DNA of 33,744 bases. Origin: a virus. Taxonomy: Duplodnaviria; Heunggongvirae; Uroviricota; Caudoviricetes. Made by a program: the position numbers and the translations under genes. The stretch lies in the IMG/VR virus record IMGVR_UViG_2778261543_000005; one strand, given 5' to 3'. Under the pieces are notes generated by a model. The model searched no databases. It was not told the DNA's origin and was given only the letters and a program-made list of their open reading frames with translations. Below are positions 16,914-27,399 of this stretch, piece after piece; within the stretch, counting starts at the first letter, position 1, and each line of letters starts with the position of its first letter.

Positions 16914-17508
16914 CCGTGAAATCCGTTGTTACAGCGGTGAGGTGCGTGCTGAGCGGCATGACGATAACCCTGCGCACATTATCGGTTATGGATCGGTGTT
17001 TGACTGTCGTTCTGAGCTGATATTTGGTTCATTCCGCGAAATCATCCGGCCCGGCGCTTTTGACGATGTGCTTGGTGATGATGTACGCGCACTGTTTAAC
17101 CACGATCCTAATTTTATTCTTGGGCGTAGTGCAGCAGGCACGCTGAATCTTTCAGTTGATGAGCGCGGATTGCGCTATGACATCCAGGCTCCGGAGACAC
17201 AGACCATTCGTGATCTGGTGCTGGCCCCGATGCAACGTGGAGATATTAACCAGTCATCTTTTGCTTTCCGTGTCGCCCGTGACGGCGAGGAGTGGTATCA
17301 GGATGAGGACGGGGTTGTTATTCGCGAGATAACCCGCTTTTCCCGTCTGCTGGATGTCAGTCCTGTGACATATCCTGCCTATCAGGAGGCTGACTCGGCT
17401 GTTCGCTCCATGAAAGCATGGCAGGAGGCGCGCAACAGCGGCGCGCTACAGAAAGCCATTAATCAACGTATGGCGCGTGAACGCGTCCTGACCCTTCTTA
17501 ACGCGTAA
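16906..17508 (+). CDS. Prohead protease (HK97 family)
   Basis: ATG at 16906 overlapping the portal stop; between portal and major capsid. Confidence 0.8.
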   Translation: MNDREIRCYSGEVRAERHDDNPAHIIGYGSVFDCRSELIFGSFREIIRPGAFDDVLGDDVRALFNHDPNFILGRSAAGTLNLSVDERGLRYDIQAPETQTIRDLVLAPMQRGDINQSSFAFRVARDGEEWYQDEDGVVIREITRFSRLLDVSPVTYPAYQEADSAVRSMKAWQEARNSGALQKAINQRMARERVLTLLNA

Positions 17509-17518
17509 AGGAAACATC

Positions 17519-18748
17519 ATGAAACTGCATGAACTGAAACAGAAACGTAATACTATCGCAACTGACATGCGCGCCCTGAATGAAAAAATTGGTGATAACG
17601 CATGGACGGAAGAGCAGCGCACTGAGTGGAACAAAGCAAAATCCGAACTGGAAGCGCTTGATGAACGAATTGCACGCGAAGAAGAACTGCGTCGTCAGGA
17701 TCAGGCGTACATTGAAAGCAATGAGGAAGAGCAGCGTCAGAATCTTGATCCGGAAAACAATCCACAACAGGATGAGAAACGAGCTCAGGTTTTTGATAAG
17801 TGGATGCGTCACGGTGCCAGTGAGCTGACATCAGAAGAACGAAAGGCGTTGCGTGAACTTCGTGCCCAGGGCGTAGCTCAGGATGAAAAGGGCGGATATA
17901 CCGTACCAGAAACATTCCTGGCGAAAGTTGTTGAGAAGATGAAATCCTACGGTGGCATCGCCAGTGTGGCGCAGATTCTTACCACTTCTGACGGTCGCAC
18001 TATGGAGTGGGCAACAGCTGATGGTACTTCCGAAGTTGGTGTTCTGCTGGGCGAAAATGAAGAAGCCGGTGAAGAAGACACCGATTTCGGTATGGGAAGC
18101 CTTGGGGCGCTCAAAATGACATCGAAAATAATTCGTGTGTCTAATGAGTTGCTGCAGGACAGTGCGATCGATATGGAAGCTTATCTTGCCCGTCGCATTG
18201 CTGAACGTATTGGTCGTGGTGAAGCCCGTTATCTGATTCAGGGAACTGGTGCTGGTACGCCTAAACAACCCAAAGGGCTGGTCGCATCTGTGACCGGCAC
18301 AACACAGACTGCCGCGGCAAATACGGTGAAGTGGCAGGAAATTCTGGCTCTGAAACACAGCATTGATCCTGCATATCGTCGCGGACCGAAATTCCGCCTG
18401 GCGTTTAACGATAATACGCTGAAACTGATCAGTGAGATGGAAGACGGTCAGGGACGCCCTTTATGGTTGCCGGATATTGTTGGTGTGGCACCTGCTTCAG
18501 TGTTGAATGTACCGTATGTCATTGATCAGGAAATTGATGATATCGGGGCGGGTAAAAAATTCATGTTCTGTGGTGACTTTGATCGCTTCATTATCCGTCG
18601 TGTGCGATACATGATTCTTAAACGTCTGGTTGAGCGTTACGCGGAATATGATCAGACCGGTTTTCTGGCCTTCCATCGTTTTGACTGTATCCTGGAAGAC
18701 ACCTCTGCCATTAAAGCGCTGGTGGGGAAAGGTAGCGTTGGTGGTTGA
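17519..18748 (+). CDS. Major capsid protein (HK97 fold)
   Basis: 409 aa with an N-terminal coiled-coil-like delta domain; follows the protease. Confidence 0.85.
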   Translation: MKLHELKQKRNTIATDMRALNEKIGDNAWTEEQRTEWNKAKSELEALDERIAREEELRRQDQAYIESNEEEQRQNLDPENNPQQDEKRAQVFDKWMRHGASELTSEERKALRELRAQGVAQDEKGGYTVPETFLAKVVEKMKSYGGIASVAQILTTSDGRTMEWATADGTSEVGVLLGENEEAGEEDTDFGMGSLGALKMTSKIIRVSNELLQDSAIDMEAYLARRIAERIGRGEARYLIQGTGAGTPKQPKGLVASVTGTTQTAAANTVKWQEILALKHSIDPAYRRGPKFRLAFNDNTLKLISEMEDGQGRPLWLPDIVGVAPASVLNVPYVIDQEIDDIGAGKKFMFCGDFDRFIIRRVRYMILKRLVERYAEYDQTGFLAFHRFDCILEDTSAIKALVGKGSVGG

Positions 18749-18774
18749 TTAGTCTTTTTACGTAATACAGCACG

Positions 18775-18816
18775 CCGCGTAATGCGGTTTTTTTGTGCCC
18801 GCGTTCTGGCGGGCAC
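18775..18816 (+). terminator. Hairpins downstream of the capsid gene (ccgc gtaat gcgg + T7; gtgcccgc gttctg gcgggcac)
   Basis: A short stem with a T7 run, then a perfect 8-bp stem immediately before the next gene's RBS. Confidence 0.4.
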
Positions 18817-18826
18817 AGGAGGTTTT

Positions 18827-19150
18827 ATGCTGTTAAAAATGGAAGAGATTAAGCTTCAGCTCCGTCTGGATGATGATTTCTCTGATGAAGATGAGTTGCT
18901 TGAACTGCTTGGTAAGGCCGCTCAGAGTCGTACGGAAAACTTCCTTAACCGTAAGTTGTATGCAACCGCAGATGACAGGCCTGCGGATGATCCTGATGGG
19001 CTTGTGATATCTGATGATGTGAAGCTGGCGCTTCTGCTACTTGTCAGCCATTTCTACGAAAACCGCTCAACGGTTACAGACGTTGAGAAAATGGAGTTGC
19101 CAATGAGTTTTAACTGGTTGGTTGTTCCTTATCGCCTTATACCACTATGA
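18827..19150 (+). CDS. Head-tail connector protein (gp6-like)
   Basis: ATG at 18827 after caggagg; small acidic protein directly after the capsid gene. Confidence 0.6.
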   Translation: MLLKMEEIKLQLRLDDDFSDEDELLELLGKAAQSRTENFLNRKLYATADDRPADDPDGLVISDDVKLALLLLVSHFYENRSTVTDVEKMELPMSFNWLVVPYRLIPL

Positions 19151-19557
19151 AAATTCGTCAGGCGCAGACCAGCGCAACCTACATTCTGCCGGACCCCGGC
19201 GAACTGAATAAACGCGTCCTGATCCGCCAGCGGGTGGATATGCCCGCGGATAACTTTGGCGTGGAGCCTCAATACCCGGTTGCGTTCCGGGCATGGGCGA
19301 AGGTTATCCAGACCAGTGCCACCACCTGGCAGGAAACCGCGCAGACCGGAGACGCCATCACCCATTACATCACCATTCGCTACCGCCGGGGGATCACTGC
19401 TGATTATGAGGTGGTCTGTGATGACAGTGTGTACCGGGTGAAACGTCAGCGCGATCTGAACGGGGCGCGGCGCTTTCTGCTGCTGGAGTGTACGGAACTG
19501 GGCGAATTTACGCAGAGTCACGGAGGCAGCAATGGCGACTCCCTTTTTTCACGTTGA
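19147..19557 (+). CDS. Head closure / head-tail adaptor protein
   Basis: Position and size in the head-completion block; overlapping start/stop with neighbours. Confidence 0.5.
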   Translation: MKIRQAQTSATYILPDPGELNKRVLIRQRVDMPADNFGVEPQYPVAFRAWAKVIQTSATTWQETAQTGDAITHYITIRYRRGITADYEVVCDDSVYRVKRQRDLNGARRFLLLECTELGEFTQSHGGSNGDSLFSR

Positions 19558-20038
19558 TGTTCAGCAGCCCGCGGAGATGCGCTTTAACCGCGCCCGTGTC
19601 CGGCGGGCGTTTGTCACGATTGGGCAGCGTCATATGCGTGATGCCCGTCGGCTGGTGATGCGCCGTGCGCGGTCGGCACCGGGTGAAAACCCCGGTTATC
19701 AGACCGGACGCCTGGCTCGTTCGATTGGTTACATGGTGCCGGGAGCCAGTAAAAAGCGAGCCGGTTTTATGACACGCATTGCCCCTAACCAGCGCAACGG
19801 GAAGGGGAACCGGATGATCTCTGGTGACTTCTATCCGGCGTTTCTGTTTTTTGGTGTCCGGGGAGGAGCAAAACGTCGTCGTAGTCATCATCGTGGTGCA
19901 TCCGGTGGCAGCGGCTGGCGGCTGGCTCCACGTAATAACTTTATGGTGGAAACGCTTGAAAAGAACCGCAGCTGGACACGCTATTTTCTGGCGCGGGAAT
20001 TGCGTAAATCACTGAAGCCGGAGCGACGACACAGATGA
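19532..20038 (+). CDS. HK97 gp10-like tail-attachment protein
   Basis: Position in the head-tail joining block. Confidence 0.5.
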   Translation: MATPFFHVDVQQPAEMRFNRARVRRAFVTIGQRHMRDARRLVMRRARSAPGENPGYQTGRLARSIGYMVPGASKKRAGFMTRIAPNQRNGKGNRMISGDFYPAFLFFGVRGGAKRRRSHHRGASGGSGWRLAPRNNFMVETLEKNRSWTRYFLARELRKSLKPERRHR

Positions 20039-20595
20039 AACTGACGCCTGTTATTGCTGCGCTGCGTGCCCGCTGCCCGTATTTTGAAAACCGGGTGGCA
20101 GGCGCGGCACAGTTCAAAAATCTGCCGGAGGTCGGAAAGCTGAGACTCCCGGCGGCGTATGTGGTACCGGGTGATGACTCTCCGGGAGAAAACAAAAGCC
20201 AGACCGACTACTGGCAGGAGCTGAAAGAGGGCTTCTCCGTGGTTGTCATACTGAGTAACGGGCGTGATGAGCGCGGTCAGTTTGCCTCGTATGATGTGGT
20301 GGACGATGTCCGGCAGATGCTCTTTAAGGCCCTGCTGGGCTGGAACCCGGAAGCGTGCGGTAACCCGATTACCTATGACGGCGGCACGCTGCTGGATCTG
20401 AATCGTCATGAGCTGATTTATCAGTTCGATTTTTCGGTCATCAGCGAGCTGACTGAAGACGATACCCGCCAGCAGGATGATCTGAACAGTCTGGATGAAC
20501 TGCAAACGCTGGCGATTGATGTTGATTATCTCGAGCCCGGTAACGGGCCTGACGGCGATATCGAACATCACACCGAAATAACCCTTCCTTCCTGA
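20035..20595 (+). CDS. Tail completion / tail-terminator-like protein
   Basis: Position between head-completion genes and sheath. Confidence 0.45.
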   Translation: MKLTPVIAALRARCPYFENRVAGAAQFKNLPEVGKLRLPAAYVVPGDDSPGENKSQTDYWQELKEGFSVVVILSNGRDERGQFASYDVVDDVRQMLFKALLGWNPEACGNPITYDGGTLLDLNRHELIYQFDFSVISELTEDDTRQQDDLNSLDELQTLAIDVDYLEPGNGPDGDIEHHTEITLPS

Positions 20596-20603
20596 GGATC
20601 CTC

Positions 20604-20774
20604 ATGTTTGTCAAACCTGTTAAAGGGCGGTCAGTTCCTGACCCTGCCCGCGGCGACCTTTTGCCCGTCGAAGGGCGAAATGTTGACGAGAACAACTACT
20701 GGCTGCGCCGTGAAGCAGCGGGTGATATCCGGCGCGTGAATAAAAAGGTGAACACCGATGACGATAAGCTTTAA
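20604..20774 (+). CDS. Small conserved protein preceding the sheath gene (DUF2635-like)
   Basis: 56-aa ORF MFVKPVKGRSVPDPARGDLLPVEGRNVDENNYWLRREAAGDIRRVNKKVNTDDDKL, overlapping the sheath start; below the track length cut-off. Family name from memory. Confidence 0.4.
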   Translation: MFVKPVKGRSVPDPARGDLLPVEGRNVDENNYWLRREAAGDIRRVNKKVNTDDDKL

Positions 20775-22254
20775 CACCATTCCGTCGAATACGCTGGTTC
20801 CGCTGTTTTATGCGGAAATGGATAACCAGGCGGCGAATACTGCACAGGACAGCGGAGCATCGCTGCTGATTGGTCATGCCAATAACGGTGCAGAGATTGT
20901 TGCCAACAGTCTGGTACTGATGCCGTCGGCAGACTATGCACGCCAGATTTGTGGTGCGGGAAGTCAGCTGGCGCGTATGGTCGAGGCTTATCGCCAGACC
21001 GACCCCTTTGGCGAGCTGTATGTGATTGCCGTTCCGGAAGCCACAGGCGCGGCGGCAACGGTTACGCTGACGGTGACCGGAGCAGCAACCGAAACCGGCA
21101 CGGTGAATGTTTATGTGGGACGTACCCGCGTGCAGGCACCGGTGACCAACGGCGATAACGTCACGACGATTGCCAGCAGTATCCAGGATGCCATCAATGC
21201 CGTTCCGGCCCTGCCGTTTACGGCCTCATCTTCGGCAGGCGTGGTCACACTGACCGCGCGTCATAAGGGGCTTTGCGGGAATGAAATTCCTGTCAGCCTC
21301 AATTACTACGGCTTTGGTGGGGGCGAAGTGCTGCCAGCGGGCGTACAGATTGCTGTGGCGACGGGTACCGCCGGAACGGGCGCTCCTGTTCTCACCGGTG
21401 CGGTGGCTGCAATGGCGGATGAGCCGTTTGATTATATCGGTCTGCCGTTCAACGACACGGCCTCCGTTAACACGCTGGTGACCGAGATGAACGATACCAG
21501 CGGTCGCTGGAGCTATGCGCGTCAGCTGTATGGTCATGTGTATACGGCAAAGACCGGCACGCTGTCAGAACTGGTGACCGCAGGTGACCAGTTTAACCAG
21601 CAGCACATTACCCTGGCTGGGTACGAAAAAGAAACCCAGACACCTGCCGACGAGCTGGCGGCAAGCCGTACCGCCCGCGCAGCGGTGTTTATCCGCAACG
21701 ATCCGGCACGTCCCACGCAGACCGGTGAGCTGGTGGGTATGCTGCCTGCGCCGAAGGGGAAACGGTTCACGATGACCGAGCAGCAGACCCTGCTGTCTCA
21801 TGGCGTGGCAACGGCGTATGTCGAAAGCGGGGTGCTGCGCATTCAGCGTGATGTCACCACGTACAGGAAAAACGCTTACGGGGTTGCGGATAACAGCTAC
21901 CTCGACAGCGAGACGCTGCATACCAGCGCGTATGTGCTGCGCAAACTGAAATCCGTCATTACCAGTAAGTACGGGCGTCACAAGCTTGCCAGCGACGGTA
22001 CCCGCTTTGGTCCCGGTCAGGCGATTGTCACCCCGGCGGTGATCAAAGGGGAACTGCTGGCAACCTACCGTCAGCTTGAGCGTGCGGGGATCGTGGAAAA
22101 CTACGAACTTTTTAAGCAGTACCTGGTTGTGGAGCGTGATGCCAGCGATCCGAACCGCCTGAACACGCTGTTCCCGCCTGACTATGTTAACCAGTTGCGT
22201 GTCTTTGCCGTGGTTAACCAGTTCCGTCTTCAGTATTCAGAGGAGTCCGCATAA
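20758..22254 (+). CDS. Contractile tail sheath protein
   Basis: 498 aa; followed by the tube gene with overlapping stop/start. Confidence 0.85.
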   Translation: MTISFNTIPSNTLVPLFYAEMDNQAANTAQDSGASLLIGHANNGAEIVANSLVLMPSADYARQICGAGSQLARMVEAYRQTDPFGELYVIAVPEATGAAATVTLTVTGAATETGTVNVYVGRTRVQAPVTNGDNVTTIASSIQDAINAVPALPFTASSSAGVVTLTARHKGLCGNEIPVSLNYYGFGGGEVLPAGVQIAVATGTAGTGAPVLTGAVAAMADEPFDYIGLPFNDTASVNTLVTEMNDTSGRWSYARQLYGHVYTAKTGTLSELVTAGDQFNQQHITLAGYEKETQTPADELAASRTARAAVFIRNDPARPTQTGELVGMLPAPKGKRFTMTEQQTLLSHGVATAYVESGVLRIQRDVTTYRKNAYGVADNSYLDSETLHTSAYVLRKLKSVITSKYGRHKLASDGTRFGPGQAIVTPAVIKGELLATYRQLERAGIVENYELFKQYLVVERDASDPNRLNTLFPPDYVNQLRVFAVVNQFRLQYSEESA

Positions 22255-22610
22255 TGGCCCGTATCGGGGGAACCTGTTATTTCAAAATTGACGGTCAGCA
22301 GCTATCGCTGACCGGCGGCATTGAGGTGCCCATGAACAGGACGGTCAATGATGACATCATCGGCCTGGACGGTTCAGTGGACCGCAAGGAAACTCACCGT
22401 GCGCCTTATGTTAAAGGGACCTTCAAGGTGCCGAAGAATTTTCCGGTGAGCAAAATCACCTCGTCTGATGAGATGACCATCACTGCCGAGCTGGCGAACG
22501 GTCAGGTCTATGTACTGTCGTCTGCCTGGCTGCACGGCGAAGCGAACCATAATGCCGAAGAAGGCACGGTCGACCTTGAGTTCCACGGTGAAGAAGGGGA
22601 TTACCAGTGA
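22254..22610 (+). CDS. Tail tube protein
   Basis: 118 aa immediately after the sheath (ATAATG overlap). Confidence 0.8.
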   Translation: MARIGGTCYFKIDGQQLSLTGGIEVPMNRTVNDDIIGLDGSVDRKETHRAPYVKGTFKVPKNFPVSKITSSDEMTITAELANGQVYVLSSAWLHGEANHNAEEGTVDLEFHGEEGDYQ

Positions 22611-22930
22611 TTGAGCTTGTACTTAAAAAACCGATCATCGCCCACAAAGAAACACTGCATGTGCTGGAAATACGTGAGCCTACGTATGACGAGATTGAGG
22701 CGCTGGGGTTCCCATTCTCTGTTTCGCCTGATGGTGGTATGAAAATGGACAGTCAGGTGGCGCTGAAATATATCCCGCTTCTGGCCGGGATTCCGCGCTC
22801 GTCTGCAGCGCAGATGACGAAGCTGGATATTTTCAAGGCAGGCATGATTGTAATGCGTTTTTTTACCGGCTTGGGGACGGAAGAGACCTCAGGAAGCGAT
22901 TCTACAATGTCGCGTGGTTCTGGAAATTAA
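22607..22930 (+). CDS. Tail assembly chaperone (short form)
   Basis: Between tube and tape measure; contains the slippery T TTT TTT run near its 3' end. Confidence 0.65.
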   Translation: MIELVLKKPIIAHKETLHVLEIREPTYDEIEALGFPFSVSPDGGMKMDSQVALKYIPLLAGIPRSSAAQMTKLDIFKAGMIVMRFFTGLGTEETSGSDSTMSRGSGN

Positions 22931-23022
22931 ACCCCCTTGAACTTCGCCGGACGGCTATTTCCCACTTTGCTGATCTGGAGGCAGAGGCCGTCCGTATAAA
23001 TGAGGAGATGAAGCATGGCTGA
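22607..23022 (+). CDS. Tail assembly chaperone, predicted -1 frameshift-extended form
   Basis: Slippery heptamer T_TTT_TTT at 22858-22864 in the 0 frame; the -1 frame is open for 52 codons from 22864 to a TGA at 23020-23022, overlapping the tape-measure start. Confidence 0.45.
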
Positions 23023-24922
23023 TAATTTTCAGCTGAAAGCCATCATCACCGCCGTTGACAGGCTATCCGGCCCGCTTAAAGGTATGCAGCGTCAGCTTAA
23101 GGGATTTCAGAAAGAAGTCTCCAGCCTTGCTCTGGGCGCTGCCGGGGCGGGTACTGCAATAATGGGGGCACTGGCACTCCCTGTAAAATCAGCCATCACC
23201 CTTGAATCGAAGATGGCTGATGTCCGCAAAGTGGTGGACGGTCTGGATACGCCGGATGCATTTAAGGCCATGACGGAGCAGGTACGCGCTTTGTCTACAG
23301 AGCTTCCCATGTCTGCAGACGGGATCGCGGAAATTGTGGAGGCTGGCGGTCAGGCCGGGATTGCACGTGATGAACTGATGCAGTTTGCCACTGATGCGGT
23401 GAAGATGGGCGTGGCCTTTGATACAACGGCTGAAGAGTCCGGGCAGATGATGGCCCAGTGGCGTACTGCGTTTAATATGACGCAGGATGAAGTGGCCGGG
23501 CTGGCTGACAAAATCAACTACCTTGGTAATACCGGCCCGGCGAATGCGAAGAAAATCTCCGATATTGTTACGCGTATTGGTCCTTTAGGTGGTGTTGCAG
23601 GTGTGGCTTCCGGCGAAATTGCGGCAATGGGGGCAACCATTGCCGGGATGGGCGTGGAGTCAGAAATTGCCGCCACAGGGATCAAGAACTTCATGCTTTC
23701 CCTGACCGCGGGAAATTCTGCGACAAAATCGCAGAAACAGGCATTGCGTTTTCTGCGGATCAATCCGAAGAAATTAGCTGCTGATATGCAGAAAGATGCC
23801 CGGGGCACCATGCTGTCTGTACTGGATGCGATGGCTAAAGTGCCTAAAGAAAAACAGGCCGCTGTGCTGAATGCCCTGTTCGGGAAAGAGTCTCTGGGCG
23901 CGATAGCACCTCTGCTGACTAACCTTGATTTGTTGCGTACCAACTTCAGGCGGGTTGCGGATTCCCAGCAGTATGGCAGTTCGATGCAGAAGGAATATGC
24001 TTCGAGGGCAGCGACGACGGAAAACCAGCTTTTACTTCTGCAAAATCAACTTGATGCCATTTCTTCCACGCTGGGGGAAACGTTTCTTCCTGAGGTTAAT
24101 GATGGTCTTGAAGCGGTAAAACCGCTCCTTGAGGAAGTGAGAACGTTTGTCCGTGAAAACCCGGAGCTCGTTAAGACCATTGCTAAAATCGGTCTGGCCT
24201 TACTGACGGTGGGAGCCGCTGCAGGCTCTTTGTCCAGAATTATGAAAGTTCTCGGCGGTGTGATGAATATGACGCCAGCTAAGGGGCTGATTGCTCTTCT
24301 GGTTGGTGGCGCTTACCTCATTATTGATAACTGGGAAACCGTAGGCCCTGTCATAAAAAAAGTCTGGCACGTGGTGGATGAAACGGCGCAGGCGATGGGG
24401 GGATGGGAAACTGTTCTGAAAGCGATTGCCCTGTTTATGGCAACCAAATGGGTTGCTGACGTTACCAAATCCATTACCGCAGTGACCAGAGAGATGCGTA
24501 CGCTGGGGAAGGTATCGGCAGAAACGGGATTGATGGGGAAAGGCCGCGGCTTTATCGGGAAGGCCGGGGTATATGGTTTTCTGGGAACCCTGATGTATGA
24601 GCCGGTTAAAGATACTCTGGAAAGTGTTGTTCCTGAAGATACGGTTAACTGGCTGGATAATAAAGGGCTGTTTCTGGCTTCAGACTGGACGCCTTTTTTT
24701 GATCGTAAAGAGTACGAGCAGTATCAGGCCAGCCTGAGCCAGTACAAACCCAATGTTCCGCTGTTGAATCCATCTTCTTCCATGACACAGCACAGCGAAC
24801 TGAAAGTCACGTTCGAGAATGCTCCGCCAGGTATGAAGATAATTGATGTACCGGGCAAAGCCGATCCCCTGATGAAAATCACGCACGATGTGGGATATTC
24901 CCCTTTTCGTTTTCCACGATAA
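23015..24922 (+). CDS. Tail tape measure protein
   Basis: 635 aa, Ala/Gly-rich with predicted helical and hydrophobic segments; follows the chaperone. Confidence 0.85.
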   Translation: MADNFQLKAIITAVDRLSGPLKGMQRQLKGFQKEVSSLALGAAGAGTAIMGALALPVKSAITLESKMADVRKVVDGLDTPDAFKAMTEQVRALSTELPMSADGIAEIVEAGGQAGIARDELMQFATDAVKMGVAFDTTAEESGQMMAQWRTAFNMTQDEVAGLADKINYLGNTGPANAKKISDIVTRIGPLGGVAGVASGEIAAMGATIAGMGVESEIAATGIKNFMLSLTAGNSATKSQKQALRFLRINPKKLAADMQKDARGTMLSVLDAMAKVPKEKQAAVLNALFGKESLGAIAPLLTNLDLLRTNFRRVADSQQYGSSMQKEYASRAATTENQLLLLQNQLDAISSTLGETFLPEVNDGLEAVKPLLEEVRTFVRENPELVKTIAKIGLALLTVGAAAGSLSRIMKVLGGVMNMTPAKGLIALLVGGAYLIIDNWETVGPVIKKVWHVVDETAQAMGGWETVLKAIALFMATKWVADVTKSITAVTREMRTLGKVSAETGLMGKGRGFIGKAGVYGFLGTLMYEPVKDTLESVVPEDTVNWLDNKGLFLASDWTPFFDRKEYEQYQASLSQYKPNVPLLNPSSSMTQHSELKVTFENAPPGMKIIDVPGKADPLMKITHDVGYSPFRFPR

Positions 24923-24946
24923 CGCAGTCCTTTTTGAGGTCAGTCT

Positions 24947-26323
24947 ATGGATTTATCCTCATTTCCCACCCGACCTTCATTACTTTCGTCGTCTTCAGGC
25001 TGGCGTGACAGACTTCAGGACGCGTCATTTCGCGGCGTGCCATTTAAGGTTGAAGAAGAAAGTGCGGGAACCGGTCGCCGTGTGGAAACACATGAATACC
25101 CGAACCGCGACAAACCCTATACCGAAGACCTGGGGAAAATCACTTTTCGCCCGTCCATCACGGCTTATGTGGTGGGAGATGACTGCTTTGACCAGCGCGA
25201 TCGCCTGATTGACGCGCTGAATAAACCCGGTCCCGGCACGCTTGTCCACCCGACATATGGTGAGCTGAAAGTCTGTGTTGACGGGGAAGTTCGGGTCAGC
25301 ACATCGAAAAGTGAAGGGCGTATTGTCCGCTTTGACCTGAAGTTTGTCGAAGCAGGAGAACTCTCTTACCCCACATCAGGTGCGGCGACGGCGCAGACGC
25401 TGATGTCATCCTGTTCTGCACTGGATGACTGCATCAGTGACAGCTTCAGCGGTTTCAGTATCGATGGTGTGGCGGATTTCGTGCAGAACGACGTTATCGG
25501 TAATGCCAGCATAATGCTGGGGTATGTTTCTGATGCGATGAAAGTGGTGGATTCTGCCGTATCGGATGCCGCCAGGCTGTTGCAGGGGGATATCTCGGTA
25601 CTTCTGCCGCCGCCATCGTCAGGCAAAAATTTCGTTGAGCAGGTGCAGAAAATGTGGCGTACCGGGAAACGCCTTTATGGTAACGCCAGCGACCTGGTCA
25701 CCATGATCAAAACGCTTTCCGGTGTCAGCCTCGGCAGCGATCTGCAACCGCGCGGCGTCTGGAAAACGGACAGTAAAACCACCGCCACGGCGACGCAGCA
25801 GCGTAACGTGGTTGCCAGTACCCTTCGTACGACCGCAATCAGCGAAGCGGCGTATGCCGTCACCCAATTGCCTGCGCCAACAACTTCCGCGGTGATGCAG
25901 AATTCCTCAGTGGGGCAGGCAACAACACCCGCGCAGAGCACTGGCTGGCCTTCCGTCACGCATCCGGCACTGAACAATGCACCGGCGGTGAAAAACACGG
26001 TTGACCTGCCGACGTGGGAAGAACTGACTGACATTCGCGACACACTGAATACGGCAATTGATAAGGAGTTGTCCCGTACAACCAGCGATGCGCTGTTTCT
26101 GGCGCTGCGCCGGGTGAAAGCAGATCTGAATGCGGATATCAACACGCGCCTTGAACAGTCTGCACGGATCATTCAGCGCACACCGGATGAGGTTTTACCC
26201 GCGCTGGTGCTGGCGGCGACCTGGTTTGATAACGCGGCGCGTGACGCGGACATTATCCGGCGTAATGCCATTACGCATCCCGGCTTTGTGCCGGTGATCC
26301 CTCTGAAGGTGCCAGTGCAATGA
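24947..26323 (+). CDS. Mu N-like DNA circularisation protein
   Basis: 458 aa at the Mu gpN position, after the tape measure and before baseplate hub genes. Confidence 0.7.
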   Translation: MDLSSFPTRPSLLSSSSGWRDRLQDASFRGVPFKVEEESAGTGRRVETHEYPNRDKPYTEDLGKITFRPSITAYVVGDDCFDQRDRLIDALNKPGPGTLVHPTYGELKVCVDGEVRVSTSKSEGRIVRFDLKFVEAGELSYPTSGAATAQTLMSSCSALDDCISDSFSGFSIDGVADFVQNDVIGNASIMLGYVSDAMKVVDSAVSDAARLLQGDISVLLPPPSSGKNFVEQVQKMWRTGKRLYGNASDLVTMIKTLSGVSLGSDLQPRGVWKTDSKTTATATQQRNVVASTLRTTAISEAAYAVTQLPAPTTSAVMQNSSVGQATTPAQSTGWPSVTHPALNNAPAVKNTVDLPTWEELTDIRDTLNTAIDKELSRTTSDALFLALRRVKADLNADINTRLEQSARIIQRTPDEVLPALVLAATWFDNAARDADIIRRNAITHPGFVPVIPLKVPVQ

Positions 26324-27399
26324 ACGACAATGTCACGCTACGGGTAAATGGCCGGGAGTGGAATGGCTGGACATCGGTGCGCATCGGTGCCGGTATTGAA
26401 CGGCTGGCGCGGGATTTCAGTGTGGAGATCACTCGCCAGTGGCCGGGAGATGAGGGTATCACCACGCTTCAGCCGCGCATTAAAAACGGTTCAAAAGTGG
26501 AAGTGCTGATTGGTGATGAGCTGGTGATCACCGGCTGGGTGGAGGCGACTCCCGTTCGTTACGATGCCCGTTCGGTCAGCACCGGTATTGCCGGACGTAG
26601 TCTGACGGCTGACCTGATTGACTGTGCAGCCGAACCGACACAGTTTAACGGACGCTCGCTGGTGCAGATTGCGCAGGCGCTTGCTGCGCCTTTCGGCATT
26701 GAGGTGGTGAACAGCGGTGCGCCGTCGGGTGTTATTCCTGATGTTCAGCCTGATCACGGTGAAACGGTGATTGAGGTAATCAACAAAATACTCGGTCAGC
26801 AGCAGGCGCTGGCTTACGACGACCCGCACGGCAGGCTGGTGATTGGCGGTATTGGCTCAACGCGGGCACATACCGCGCTGGTACTTGGGGAAAACATCCT
26901 TTCCTGTGATACGGAGAAGAGTATCCGGGAGCGGTTTTCTGTTTACCAGGTGGCGGGGCAGCGTGCCGGAAACGACGATGATTTCGGTGAGGCCACCACC
27001 ACCGCGCTGCGGGCCCGCACAGAGGACGCATTTATTGCCCGTTACCGTCCGATGTATATCAGGCAGACAGGGCAGGCCACGGGGGCAGGTTGTATTGCGC
27101 GTGCTGACTTTGAAGCCCGACAACGGGCGGCGCGGACGGATGAAACCACCTATGTGGTGCAGGGCTGGCGACAGGGTAACGGTACGCTGTGGCAGCCCAA
27201 CCAGCGGGTGATTGTCTTCGATCCGGTCTGTGGTTTCGACAATACCGAACTGCTTGTCTCGGAAGTCACGTTTACTCAGGACCAGAACGGCACCCTGACG
27301 GAAATCCGTGTCGGCCCACCTGATGCTTATCTGCCTGAACCCGAACCCCCCGGCGCGCGGAAAAAGAAAAAAGCCAGAGTACAGGAGGACCCGTTCTGA
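26320..27399 (+). CDS. Baseplate hub protein (Mu P-like)
   Basis: 359 aa; Mu-type gene order; C-terminal basic tail ARKKKKARVQ. Confidence 0.7.
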   Translation: MNDNVTLRVNGREWNGWTSVRIGAGIERLARDFSVEITRQWPGDEGITTLQPRIKNGSKVEVLIGDELVITGWVEATPVRYDARSVSTGIAGRSLTADLIDCAAEPTQFNGRSLVQIAQALAAPFGIEVVNSGAPSGVIPDVQPDHGETVIEVINKILGQQQALAYDDPHGRLVIGGIGSTRAHTALVLGENILSCDTEKSIRERFSVYQVAGQRAGNDDDFGEATTTALRARTEDAFIARYRPMYIRQTGQATGAGCIARADFEARQRAARTDETTYVVQGWRQGNGTLWQPNQRVIVFDPVCGFDNTELLVSEVTFTQDQNGTLTEIRVGPPDAYLPEPEPPGARKKKKARVQEDPF

